From: Candidatus Pacebacteria bacterium CG2_30_36_39
GTDB taxonomy: Bacteria; Patescibacteriota; Microgenomatia; UBA1400; PJMF01
NCBI GenBank assembly: GCA_001873435.1
Contig: MNZB01000004.1
Span: forward strand, 78,030 to 142,029
Reading direction: 5' to 3'
Length of the DNA: 64,000 nt
Positions 29,281-38,592 of the stretch are shown here, one piece after another. Positions within the stretch are counted from its first letter, which is position 1. Every line of letters starts with the position of its first letter. Below the pieces are notes generated by a model. The model did no database searches. It had not been told where the DNA came from and was given only the letters and a program-made list of their open reading frames with translations. Made by a program: the position numbers and the translations under genes.

Positions 29281-29760
29281 ATGGCTACAAATCTTCCTAA
29301 ACAAAAAACATTAATTCGCCCTGGAGTCAAAGCTCTAATCGTTCATCAAAATAAAGTACTTGTTATCAAAGAACATGTAATTAAAAATGGAAAAACAGTT
29401 GATGTAAATGATTTTCCTGGAGGAGGTATTGAATTTGGTGAAAGCCTCAGGGAAACCTTAATTAGAGAAGTAAAAGAAGAAGTTGGACTAGATATCAACA
29501 TTAAACAAGTTGTTGGTGCTTGGGATTTTGTCATGGGAGAACTAGAACATGAACTGCCTGAAAAATGTGGTGTCCAAATCGTATGTATTGGCTATGAATG
29601 TAGTTTAAAAACTAAACAAAAAATTGATACCACCAAAAATCCAGCCAAAGAAGATATCTTTGAAGCTAAGTGGTATAGCAAAGAAGAATTGCTTGCAAAT
29701 AACGGCAAAATGTTTGGTCACCCTGGTATGATTGAAGCTATTAAAAAACTAAATATTTAA
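29281..29760 (+). CDS. NUDIX hydrolase
   Basis: Nudix box GGGIEFGESLRETLIREVKEEVGL. Confidence 0.8.
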   Translation: MATNLPKQKTLIRPGVKALIVHQNKVLVIKEHVIKNGKTVDVNDFPGGGIEFGESLRETLIREVKEEVGLDINIKQVVGAWDFVMGELEHELPEKCGVQIVCIGYECSLKTKQKIDTTKNPAKEDIFEAKWYSKEELLANNGKMFGHPGMIEAIKKLNI

Positions 29761-29883
29761 GTTTTAGACTTAAATAAAACAATCATACTTTTCCCCCTTG
29801 TCATATTAATCATATTTACTTAGAATCTCCTTCTAGTGTCTAACGCTAGTTGTATTTTGGATTATCATCAAAACCAAATCAAA

Positions 29884-29906
29884 GACGCCCACAGAGGCGT
29901 TTTTCT
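29884..29906 (+). terminator. weak terminator-like hairpin (acgcc-cacaga-ggcgt) followed by TTTTC
   Basis: 5-6 bp stem plus T-rich tract, about 125 bp downstream of the NUDIX gene. Confidence 0.3.
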
Positions 29907-29950
29907 ATGGTCTTTTTTGATTAGACTTAAGAAAAAATAAACACATAAAA

Positions 29951-29977
29951 AGCAAGGTTAAAACCTTGCTTTTTTTA
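29951..29977. terminator. intrinsic terminator hairpin (agcaaggtt-aa-aaccttgct) flanked by A-run and T-run (bidirectional)
   Basis: 9-bp perfect stem, 6-T tail on plus strand and A-run upstream. Confidence 0.6.
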
Positions 29978-30028
29978 TGCTAAGCGAAATTCACCATATT
30001 AGTAACAATATAAACAAGGAGCTTGCTC

Positions 30029-31657
30029 ATGAAACAAGAAACCCCATACACCAAAGTCTCTTCCTATGAAGGCAGAAAAGGTAGCGTCAAAAAAGTAGCC
30101 TTACTCTATTCTGGAGGACTAGATACATCAGTAATGTTGAAATGGATTCAAGAAGAATATGAAGCAGAAGTAGTCGCTCTTACCGTTGATATTGGACAGC
30201 AAGCAGATGACCTAGAAAAAATTAAGGAAAAAGCAATTAAACTAGGTGCAGTTAAAGCCATTGTAATTGATGCTAAAAAAGAATTTGCCTACCACTATAT
30301 TGCTAAAGGCATTAAAGCTAATGCCAGCTACCAAGGAAAATATCACTTAAGCACCCCACTAGGCCGTCCTCTATTGGCAAAGATTGCTGTAGAAATTGCT
30401 AGAGAAGAAGGTTGTGACACCATTGCCCATGGTTGTACAGGTAAAGGCAATGATCAGGTTCGTATTGAAGGCACAGTTCTAACCTTGGCTCCAGAAATGA
30501 AAATCATTGCTCCAGTACGTGAGTGGAGTATGGGCAGAGATGAAGAAATTGAATACGCCAAAAAACACAAAATCCCAGTTAAACAAACTGCAGCAAGACC
30601 ATACTCTTATGATGACAACATGTGGGGTGTAACAGCAGAAAGTGGTGAAATTGAAAACCCAGCCTTAATTCCTCCATTGGATAAAATCCTTCAAGTTTGT
30701 ACCATTGTAGAAAGAACTCCAAATAAACCAGAATTTATTAAAATTGAGTTTGTCCGTGGCATTCCAGTCAAAATAGATGGAAAAACCATGAACCTGGTTG
30801 ATATTATCGACTATCTAAATAAAGCTGGCGCCAAACATGGCGTAGGAGTAACTCATCACATTGAAGACCGCTTGGTAGGACTAAAAGTCCGTGGTATTTA
30901 TGAAGCCCCAGCTGCAGAAATCATTATTAACGCCCATATGAACCTTGAAAAATACGTCTGTACTCGTAGAGAAAATGAGTTTAAACATGACGTTGATAAT
31001 AAGTGGGCATATCTCTGCTATGGCGCTCTCTGGTATGAACCTCTTATGAGCAGCTTAAATGCCTTTATTGATCACATCAATGACAAAGTTACTGGCACCA
31101 CCACAGTCAAGCTATACAAAGGTATGGCTGAGACAGTTGCCGTAGAAACAGCAAATAGCATCTTTGATGAAAAACTGGCAACTTTCATGAAAAATGATAC
31201 TTACAATCAAAATGCTTCTCCAGGATTTATTGAGATCTACACTTTGCAAATGAGACTAGCCCAAAACAAAGCAAGATTTGCCCTTCTCACCATTGGTGAA
31301 ATAGAAGACAAAAAAGCTTTCTTGCCATATGTCAAAATCTTGGCAGAACTAGGCTATAACTTCTACGCTACAGAAAATACTCATAAGTTCTATAAAAAGC
31401 ATGGCATTGAATCTGTCTTTATTAATAAAATGCAAGACAATGTATTCCCAAATCTAGAAGAGATGTTACAACAAAATCTCTTTGACCTAATCATTAATGT
31501 TCCATATAAGAACAAGCCAGAAAACTCAAAAGATGAGAATGTTATTAGAAAATGGGCTGTTAAACATAGCATTCCTATTGTTGGCGACAAAAAAACCTTT
31601 GAGGTTTTAACCAACAAATTGAGGAAGCATATTGTTACTGCTAAAACTAAAAAATAA
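30029..31657 (+). CDS. argG: argininosuccinate synthase fused to a C-terminal CarB-type MGS-like domain
   Basis: N-type ATP-PPase motif ALLYSGGLDTS, AHGCTGKGNDQVR; C-terminal about 130 aa align in memory with the CarB MGS-like domain (ALLTIGEIEDKKAFLPYVKILAELGYNFYATENTHKFYKKHGIE...LIINVP...VIRKWAVKHSIPIV); AAGGAG 7 nt upstream of ATG 30029. Confidence 0.8.
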   Translation: MKQETPYTKVSSYEGRKGSVKKVALLYSGGLDTSVMLKWIQEEYEAEVVALTVDIGQQADDLEKIKEKAIKLGAVKAIVIDAKKEFAYHYIAKGIKANASYQGKYHLSTPLGRPLLAKIAVEIAREEGCDTIAHGCTGKGNDQVRIEGTVLTLAPEMKIIAPVREWSMGRDEEIEYAKKHKIPVKQTAARPYSYDDNMWGVTAESGEIENPALIPPLDKILQVCTIVERTPNKPEFIKIEFVRGIPVKIDGKTMNLVDIIDYLNKAGAKHGVGVTHHIEDRLVGLKVRGIYEAPAAEIIINAHMNLEKYVCTRRENEFKHDVDNKWAYLCYGALWYEPLMSSLNAFIDHINDKVTGTTTVKLYKGMAETVAVETANSIFDEKLATFMKNDTYNQNASPGFIEIYTLQMRLAQNKARFALLTIGEIEDKKAFLPYVKILAELGYNFYATENTHKFYKKHGIESVFINKMQDNVFPNLEEMLQQNLFDLIINVPYKNKPENSKDENVIRKWAVKHSIPIVGDKKTFEVLTNKLRKHIVTAKTKK

Positions 31658-31659
31658 CT

Positions 31660-32631
31660 ATGCAAGACAGTTGGAATATTAAAAAAATATTATTAGCTGA
31701 AATTGAAAAACAAGGGGGGTGGGTTAATGCCCACTCCCACTTGGATCGCGCTTACACCATTACTCCAACAACTCTAAAGTTAGGTAATGAACACTTGCAT
31801 AAGAAATGGGAAATAGTAGATCAAATCAAAAAATCTTCTACTGTTGATCAAATTTATGATCGTATGGCCTTTGCCGTAGAACAACAGCTATCACAAGGAG
31901 TTAGTGTCATTGGCAGTTTCATAGATGTTGATGCTGTTATTAAAGACAAATCAATTAAAGCAGCAACAAAAGTTCGAGAAAAATATAAAAAAGATCTTAA
32001 ACTAGTTTTCATCAACCAAGCTCTAAAGGGAGTAATTGAACCAGAAGCAAGAAAATGGTTTGAAGAAGGCGCTCAATTTGTTGACATCATCGGTGGCTTA
32101 CCAGGTAAAGATGCTGGTAAAGAAGCCCAGCATTTGGATATCCTATTTGAAACTGCAAAGAAACATAAAAAAATGGTTCATGTCCATGTTGATCAACTGA
32201 ATACTAAAGAAGAAAAAGAAACAGAATTATTAATTAAAAAAACTATTGAACATAATTTAATAGGAAAAGTTGTTGCTATCCACGGAATTTCTTTAGCTGC
32301 TCACCCACTGGTTTATAGAAAAAAAATCTATCAACAAATGCAACAAAACAAAATCATGTTAATTGCTTGTCCAACTGCATGGATAGATAGTAGAAGATCT
32401 GAAGAAATCTCCGTAACTCATAACTCAATTGCCCCAGTTGAAGAACTCATAAAAGAAAATATTACCGTTGCCATTGGTACAGATAACATTGCAGATGTTT
32501 ATAAACCCTTCACTGATGGAGATATGTGGACTGAACTGAGATTTTTATTGGAAACTTGTCATTATTATGACCTTAAACAATTAGTAAAAATTGCTACCAA
32601 AAATGGAAGAAAAGTATTAGGAATAAAATAG
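31660..32631 (+). CDS. amidohydrolase-superfamily protein of the cytosine deaminase (CodA)/AtzC subtype
   Basis: metal ligand blocks collinear with E. coli CodA: AHSHLD, FIDVD, VHVHVDQ, AIHGISLAAH, IGTDNIADVYKPFTDGDMW. Confidence 0.55.
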   Translation: MQDSWNIKKILLAEIEKQGGWVNAHSHLDRAYTITPTTLKLGNEHLHKKWEIVDQIKKSSTVDQIYDRMAFAVEQQLSQGVSVIGSFIDVDAVIKDKSIKAATKVREKYKKDLKLVFINQALKGVIEPEARKWFEEGAQFVDIIGGLPGKDAGKEAQHLDILFETAKKHKKMVHVHVDQLNTKEEKETELLIKKTIEHNLIGKVVAIHGISLAAHPLVYRKKIYQQMQQNKIMLIACPTAWIDSRRSEEISVTHNSIAPVEELIKENITVAIGTDNIADVYKPFTDGDMWTELRFLLETCHYYDLKQLVKIATKNGRKVLGIK

Positions 32632-32634
32632 ATT

Positions 32635-33705
32635 ATGCAACAACCTTTTTATAATCCAGAAGTTTCTTATGAAGAAAATTATAAAAAAGGTCCCTTTGGT
32701 TCTTTTGCAAATAATGATGTAATTGTTAGAACAAACAAACCTCAATTTGATTTTTTTGGGCACAAACTTTTTTTACCATTTGGAATCCCAGCTGGACCAT
32801 TGCTCAATGCCAATTTCATTACCGCTGCCTTCCGCAAGGGTTTTGATTTGTGTGTTTATAAAACAGTTAGAACAAATGAATATCCATGCCATCCATGGCC
32901 GAATGTTTTAGCTGTCCATGAAGAAAAACTAGAAATAAACAGAACTTTCCCAGTAGTAGCAGACTCCTCATATGTTGAACCACTTTCTATTACGAATTCT
33001 TTTGGTGTTCCATCTGCCAACCCAAAAATCTGGCAACAGGATATGGCTAAAGCTGTTAAAAATACAGGTATTGGACAATTAATGATTGGAAGTTTCCAAG
33101 GAACTAGTGATGGCTCTGGAAATGTTGATGCCTATATTAAAGATTTTGTGAGAGCTGCAGAACTAGTTAAAGAAACTGGAACTAAAGTTCTAGAAGCCAA
33201 TCTAAGTTGTCCCAATGAGGGAACGGCTCACTTGCTTTGTTTTGATATTGAAAGAACATTGAAAATTGCTCAAGAAATTAAAAAGGCTATTGGCGATACT
33301 CCACTGATACTTAAGTTAGCATATTTTGATGACGACAATCTTTTGGAAAGTTTTGTCAAAAAACTTGGGCCAGTGGTAGATGGTTTTTCTGCTATCAACA
33401 CCATTGCTGCTGCGATTGTCGATAAAGATGGAAAACAAGCTCTACCTGGAAAAGGTAGGGAGCGTAGCGGAGTTTGCGGTCGAGCTATTACTTGGGCAGG
33501 ACTAGATATGGTTTCTAGATTAATTGCTTTAAGAAAAAAATTGCAACTTAAATATGTAGTTATTGGGGTTGGTGGTGTAACAAAAACAAATGATTACTTT
33601 GCCTATCGCAAAAATGGTGCTGATGCAGTTATGAGTGCCACTGGAGCTATGTGGCATCAAGATTTAGCAGCCCAAATTTTAAATAAGATAAAAACGCTAA
33701 ATTAG
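32635..33705 (+). CDS. dihydroorotate dehydrogenase family protein (PyrD-like)
   Basis: LFLPFGIPAGPLLNANFI, signature NLSCPN, C-terminal VIGVGGV block. Confidence 0.65.
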   Translation: MQQPFYNPEVSYEENYKKGPFGSFANNDVIVRTNKPQFDFFGHKLFLPFGIPAGPLLNANFITAAFRKGFDLCVYKTVRTNEYPCHPWPNVLAVHEEKLEINRTFPVVADSSYVEPLSITNSFGVPSANPKIWQQDMAKAVKNTGIGQLMIGSFQGTSDGSGNVDAYIKDFVRAAELVKETGTKVLEANLSCPNEGTAHLLCFDIERTLKIAQEIKKAIGDTPLILKLAYFDDDNLLESFVKKLGPVVDGFSAINTIAAAIVDKDGKQALPGKGRERSGVCGRAITWAGLDMVSRLIALRKKLQLKYVVIGVGGVTKTNDYFAYRKNGADAVMSATGAMWHQDLAAQILNKIKTLN

Positions 33706-33718
33706 TTATAATTATTTT

Positions 33719-35227
33719 GTGGCAATAAGAATTACTATAAAAAAAATTCTGTTTTCAATTGTTAAAGTTTTTTCAACTACTTTAATTGCATTAATACTGT
33801 CACTCACTGTTGTTGAGCTTAGCATGCAAGCTTTTTCGCTAATCAATAACATTGCAACCAATAGTAGACAGATGGGTGAACAAAAAAATCAAGAAAATAG
33901 TTACAGAATATTAACCATCGGCGAATCAACAACAGCAGAAACATCTTTCGTTGGCAATCAAACGTGGCCCTCTCAATTAGAAAGAATGCTTCAAGAAAAA
34001 TATCCAGATAAAAATATTAAAGTTTTTAATCGTGCCATGATTGGTACAAATTCAAATGTTTTACTGGGAAAAATTCAAAAGGAGATTGAAGAAGTAAAAC
34101 CAGATCTCATTATTTCAATGATGGGAATTAATGATTTAAGTTTAATCTCCTTGACTCCTTCTGAGTTTATTGCTGATCAAAGTGGATTTGAACAAAGTTT
34201 TTTTGATAAATTTAAAACTACAAAATTAATTAAATTGGCAATAATAAAAATTAAAAAAACTAATTTAGAACACACTGATATTGAACTAAACAATGATATT
34301 GAAGATTTAATATTTAAGGGAAATGCTGAAAGATTCAATAAAAACTATGAGCTTTCAGAAAAATACTTTAAAAAAGCAATAGAAATAAGTACCTATGATA
34401 CTTCTCCATTTATCGGTTTGGCTTGGCTATATTTTGATACCCAGAGGTATTTGGAGGCAAAAGAGATATTAAAAAAAGCAATTGTATTTAATCCCGATGA
34501 TTCAAATCCATATGTCGCTCTTGGTAATATTTATCGAGGTGAAGGAAAATATGATGCCGCTCAAAAAATGTTTCAAAAAGCAATTGAACTTGATCCAAAT
34601 AATTATTTAGCTTTTATAGGCTATGGGATTTGGAATGCAGATAAAAAAAACTATGTTGAAAGCGAAAAACTATTTTTAAAATCAATTGAACTCAATCCAC
34701 AACAAGCTGATGCCTATAATGAGCTTGCCAATATTTATCGAGCGGAAAAAGAATATTCTAAAGCCAGAGAATATTATTCTAAAGTACTTGGAATTAATAC
34801 TGAAAATAACCAAGCAAAGATTGAACTAAAAGCTCTAGAAAGACTGGAATTAGGAGAAAATATTCAAAATAATCAACCAATTAATGTTAATGACTTTTAT
34901 AATCCAGTAACTGTAAATAATTATGAAAAATTATTGCAAATAGCCAATGAAAATAATATTAATGTGCTGATGGTCGAATATCCAGTTAGAAATCCAGTAG
35001 CTTTACAAACCATTTTGGCAGAAATAAAAAATAAGCAAGATTTAAAAATAAAGGCTGAGGTAGTCGATAATAGTGTTGTGTTTAGAAAAGCTCTAGAAAA
35101 CAATAAATATGAGGATATTTTTATTGATCGTTTTGGAGGTGAATTTGGACATGCAACCGATAAGGGAAATAATATTCTAGCTACAAATATTTTTGAAACA
35201 ATTATTTTAAAAGATATTATTAATTAG
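33719..35227 (+). CDS. membrane-anchored SGNH hydrolase fused to TPR repeats
   Basis: N-terminal TM; ILTIGESTT and MMGINDL SGNH blocks; 5-6 TPR-like 34-aa repeats (AWLYFDTQRYLEAKEILKKAIVFNPD...). Confidence 0.6.
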   Translation: MAIRITIKKILFSIVKVFSTTLIALILSLTVVELSMQAFSLINNIATNSRQMGEQKNQENSYRILTIGESTTAETSFVGNQTWPSQLERMLQEKYPDKNIKVFNRAMIGTNSNVLLGKIQKEIEEVKPDLIISMMGINDLSLISLTPSEFIADQSGFEQSFFDKFKTTKLIKLAIIKIKKTNLEHTDIELNNDIEDLIFKGNAERFNKNYELSEKYFKKAIEISTYDTSPFIGLAWLYFDTQRYLEAKEILKKAIVFNPDDSNPYVALGNIYRGEGKYDAAQKMFQKAIELDPNNYLAFIGYGIWNADKKNYVESEKLFLKSIELNPQQADAYNELANIYRAEKEYSKAREYYSKVLGINTENNQAKIELKALERLELGENIQNNQPINVNDFYNPVTVNNYEKLLQIANENNINVLMVEYPVRNPVALQTILAEIKNKQDLKIKAEVVDNSVVFRKALENNKYEDIFIDRFGGEFGHATDKGNNILATNIFETIILKDIIN

Positions 35228-35293
35228 TAATTGTTTTAAAAACTGGACTCTCTTTCATAAAAAAAACGGTATAATACTCAATATCTTTCTATT

Positions 35294-35376
35294 GGAGGTG
35301 TCGCATAGTGGTCAATTGCGCACGCTTGGAAAGCGTGAGCCTTTCGGCTTCGCAGGTTCGAATCCTGTCACCTCCG
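35294..35376 (+). tRNA. tRNA-Ser (anticodon GGA)
   Basis: manual fold: acceptor GGAGGTG/CACCTCC, anticodon stem CACGC/GCGTG with loop TTGGAAA, long variable arm, TTCGAAT T-loop, discriminator G. Confidence 0.85.
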
Positions 35377-35399
35377 CATCTAAAAATAATCTTTAAAAT

Positions 35400-35759
35400 A
35401 TGATCAAAAACTCATTCGGCAAAAATGAATTAGTAGTTTATAAATCAGGTATTTATAAAATTGTTGACATCATTTTTAATCAAGACCAAATATCCTATAA
35501 AATTTCATTAATAAGTTATCTCGAAAAAAGCACTGGGGGCATTGATGATTCTATTTCAAAAGAATTAATTGCCACTGAAAATGATTTAACAAAATTTGAA
35601 TATGGATTACCTAGATATGAAATGGGAAGCAGATTATCAGATGGTAGCACTGTATATTTAGTGTTTTTTAAATATGATTCACATAAATATCGTTACAACC
35701 TTAGTTTACAAAACACAGTCATAGCAAATTTGGGTGAAGAAGACATGGCTTGGAGATGA
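35400..35759 (+). CDS. hypothetical protein
   Basis: 119-aa ORF; 10-bp overlap with following DUF167 gene suggests coupling. Confidence 0.4.
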   Translation: MIKNSFGKNELVVYKSGIYKIVDIIFNQDQISYKISLISYLEKSTGGIDDSISKELIATENDLTKFEYGLPRYEMGSRLSDGSTVYLVFFKYDSHKYRYNLSLQNTVIANLGEEDMAWR

Positions 35760-35983
35760 AAATTTCAGTTAAAGTTCATCCTAATTCTAAAAAACCCAGA
35801 ATCATAAAGAATGATTTAGAAAATTTTGATGCATATGTCAATCAACCAGCAACCGACAATAGAGCTAATAATGCAGTCATAGAATCTCTAGCAGAATATT
35901 TTCAAATAAAAACATCTTCCATACGATTAAGATTGGGAAATAAATCAAAAACTAAAGTTTTTGAAATTAATAAATTTAGATAA
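35750..35983 (+). CDS. DUF167 (YggU/UPF0235) family protein
   Basis: ISVKVHPNSKK...DAYVNQPATDNRANNAVIESLAEYFQIKTSSIRLRLGNKSKTKVFEI matches the YggU pattern (V.PgAkk...l.appv.G.AN.al..fLa.....v.l..G..s..K.v.i). Confidence 0.6.
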   Translation: MEMKISVKVHPNSKKPRIIKNDLENFDAYVNQPATDNRANNAVIESLAEYFQIKTSSIRLRLGNKSKTKVFEINKFR

Positions 35984-36078
35984 TATTTAAATTATTTTCC
36001 TATATTCCAATTAAAAACAGCTGCTTGATAAAGATATAATTAAGAAGCATACTAAAAGACAAGTTAATAATTATTGCA

Positions 36079-36894
36079 ATGAACATTGTTGTACCAAACA
36101 GCCCAGTAAATTCTAGTATTCAAGCTTCTCCAGAAAAAAAGCTTTATTCTGCTGAACCAAAAAAGAAAAAGAATTTTAAACTCATAGTCGCCGCTCTCTC
36201 CCTGTTAATGTTAATGGCAGGCGGACTCGTTGGTCTTTACCTTACTAAAATAAGCCAAGACGTTAGACAACAAGCTGATACAGGCGCCTACACCCAACAC
36301 TGTGGAACCTGTGGTAGTGGTCAAACCTGTGTTCCACCAGGAGTTGGTGGAGTCAATGATTGGCACTGTTCCACTTGTGCGCCAGGCTGGGTAGGTGTTG
36401 ATGATGTTGGCTGTCTCCAACCAACTAGTCCTCCCAATTGTCCAGATGGCGACTGTGAACCAAACCCAACTACTCCACCAGTTGCCACAGCTACACCAGG
36501 ACCAACTACTCCACCAGACGCTACTCCAACAGTTACCCCTCCTATTAACCCTACAGATGGACCAACTGGTGAACCGACTGGGGAACCGACTGGGGAACCA
36601 ACAACAGAACCAACAGTCCAGCCATCTGGCGAACCAACAATAGAACCATCTACCCAACCAACAGTACAACCAACCACTGCTTCTGGCGGTGGATCTAGTT
36701 CTAGTTCATCTTCAAGCAGCAGTAGCACTGCTTTAGTTAACATTAACAATTCCAATAGAACTAATTACACCACTACAGTCCAACCAACATTGCCACCTCA
36801 ATTACCACAAACTGGTCCTGAAGATTGGATTAAATACCTACAAGTAGGCATTGGAGCTCTAGGAGTTGGAGCGCTATTACTACTCTTCCTCTAG
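36079..36894 (+). CDS. LPXTG-motif cell-wall-anchored surface protein with Cys-rich module and Pro/Thr/Glu repeats
   Basis: N-terminal signal anchor; 8 Cys in a CGTCGSGQTC...CSTCAPGW...CPDGDC module; PTGEPTGEPTGEPTTEPT repeats; poly-Ser; C-terminal LPQTG, hydrophobic helix, then end. Confidence 0.7.
   Translation: MNIVVPNSPVNSSIQASPEKKLYSAEPKKKKNFKLIVAALSLLMLMAGGLVGLYLTKISQDVRQQADTGAYTQHCGTCGSGQTCVPPGVGGVNDWHCSTCAPGWVGVDDVGCLQPTSPPNCPDGDCEPNPTTPPVATATPGPTTPPDATPTVTPPINPTDGPTGEPTGEPTGEPTTEPTVQPSGEPTIEPSTQPTVQPTTASGGGSSSSSSSSSSSTALVNINNSNRTNYTTTVQPTLPPQLPQTGPEDWIKYLQVGIGALGVGALLLLFL
36563..36610 (+). repeat. tandem 12-bp coding repeat (ccRacWggKgaa x4) encoding PTGE units
   Basis: direct reading: ccaactggtgaa / ccgactggggaa / ccgactggggaa / ccaacaacagaa. 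Confidence 0.55.
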
Positions 36895-36908
36895 AAAATA
36901 TCAAATCC

Positions 36909-37739
36909 TTAAAACAATTTTTTTATTGCCTTTAAATTTTCTTCAACCACCTGCTCACCATAGCCAATAATCTCTTCCGCATGACCAAGAAATTTACGAA
37001 AAATACTATATCCACCCTCTGGAATATCTGGATATAAAACTAGATCTGCTTTTTCACAATCTCTCCTAGCCAACTCACGCAATAACAAATGGGAACTTTT
37101 CAAAGCAGTCTGCACTCCACCATATCTTCCTGGAGAAACTGGAAAAACATTCTTATATAAATTGATAGCTATCACCTTATCAGCCCCAAGTTCTTTAGCC
37201 AAATCAATAGGAACTGGCATACGCATAGCACCATCAATTAATTTTCTACCATCAACCTTAGCCGGCTCAAAAACCAAAGGCACTGAAGCACTAGCTCTAA
37301 TTGCCTTAACCAATGAACCACTAGTTAAAAATATTAGTTCACCAGATTGAAAATCCACTGCTGTAGCACCAAATTTAATAGATAAATCCTCAATCTTCTT
37401 ATCTCCGAGAACTTCAACTATAACTTTCTGAAAAAAATCACCTTTAAAAATACCTTGAGCAGGATGAAAATCTCTAAAAATTCTCACCATACCCCTAAAC
37501 TTCAATTGCTTAAAAAAATCTTCTAATTTACTAATATCTTGCAAAGAAGCATATGCTCCACCCATTAAAGATCCAGTACTACTACCAGCAATAATCTCAA
37601 ACTCAATTTTATGTTTTAACAAAGCCTTAATTACACCAATATGAGCCAAACCTCTCCAACCACCACTACCAAGTGCTAAGCCCAATTTAGGCTTTGCACT
37701 CTTACTATTTTTTAATCTGGTATAAACAGTTTTAGACAT
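36909..37739 (-). CDS. patatin-like phospholipase
   Basis: start set at MSKTVYT (ATG 37739); GLALGSGGWRG oxyanion motif, GSSTGSLMG (GXSXG), DGAMRMPVP (DGA/G). Confidence 0.75.
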   Translation of the reverse strand: MSKTVYTRLKNSKSAKPKLGLALGSGGWRGLAHIGVIKALLKHKIEFEIIAGSSTGSLMGGAYASLQDISKLEDFFKQLKFRGMVRIFRDFHPAQGIFKGDFFQKVIVEVLGDKKIEDLSIKFGATAVDFQSGELIFLTSGSLVKAIRASASVPLVFEPAKVDGRKLIDGAMRMPVPIDLAKELGADKVIAINLYKNVFPVSPGRYGGVQTALKSSHLLLRELARRDCEKADLVLYPDIPEGGYSIFRKFLGHAEEIIGYGEQVVEENLKAIKKLF

Positions 37740-37830
37740 ATAAAAACAGTATACAACATAAAAATCTTTGCAATTTTGCCCATCAATGATATAGTGGGGA
37801 TCTACTTTATAAAACAAAAAAGGACGAATT

Positions 37831-38556
37831 ATGAAGGGTGTTGTTTTAGCTGGTGGCCTAGGTACACGCTTGTACCCTCTTACTCATGTAACTAATAAAC
37901 ATTTATTACCTGTTTATAACAAACCAATGGTGTTTTACCCTATTAAAACCTTGGTTGACGCTGGTGTAAACGAAATTCTCCTAGTAACTAGTGGACCACA
38001 TGTAGGTCACTTCTTAAGTGTGCTAAAAAACGGCACTGAACTTGGAGTTAAACATCTCGAATATGCTTATCAAGAAAAGCCCAATGGCGGTATTGCTGAT
38101 GCCCTTGCCCTTGCTGAAGACTTTGCCGATGGAGAAGATATTGCTGTAATCCTGGGAGACAACACTACCGATGCAAATATTAAGGATGCAGTTAAAAACT
38201 TTAAAGAAGGAGCCACAGTTTTCTTGAAACAAGTTCCAGATCCAAATCGCTTTGGTGTGCCAGCTTTTGACCCCAAAGATCCTTCTAAAGTAATTCGTAT
38301 TGATGAAAAACCCAAGAACCCTGCCTCTGACTACGCAGTTACTGGTGTTTATCTTTATGATAATAAAATATTTGACATGATCAGAGAATGTGATCCCAAC
38401 TATGCTGGTCGTGGTGAACTAGAAATTACTCAAGTTAACAACCTTTACATTCAAAAGGGTAAATTACATTGGGAAGAACTCAAGGGATTCTGGAGTGATG
38501 CTGGCACCTTCCATTCACTCTTTACCTCATCCCAATATTGGTCCAACAAAAAATAA
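37831..38556 (+). CDS. sugar-phosphate nucleotidyltransferase (RmlA/GlmU-N-like)
   Basis: MKGVVLAGGLGTRLYPLT signature. Confidence 0.75.
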   Translation: MKGVVLAGGLGTRLYPLTHVTNKHLLPVYNKPMVFYPIKTLVDAGVNEILLVTSGPHVGHFLSVLKNGTELGVKHLEYAYQEKPNGGIADALALAEDFADGEDIAVILGDNTTDANIKDAVKNFKEGATVFLKQVPDPNRFGVPAFDPKDPSKVIRIDEKPKNPASDYAVTGVYLYDNKIFDMIRECDPNYAGRGELEITQVNNLYIQKGKLHWEELKGFWSDAGTFHSLFTSSQYWSNKK

Positions 38557-38592
38557 CCCTTTCAAGTCAGACACAAACAATATCATGACTTA

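Noticed and set aside
36211-36755. Two minus-strand ORFs (152 and 144 aa) inside the LPXTG protein gene
   Set aside because: Generated by the repetitive P/T/G-rich coding repeats; the plus-strand frame has a coherent signal anchor to LPXTG architecture.
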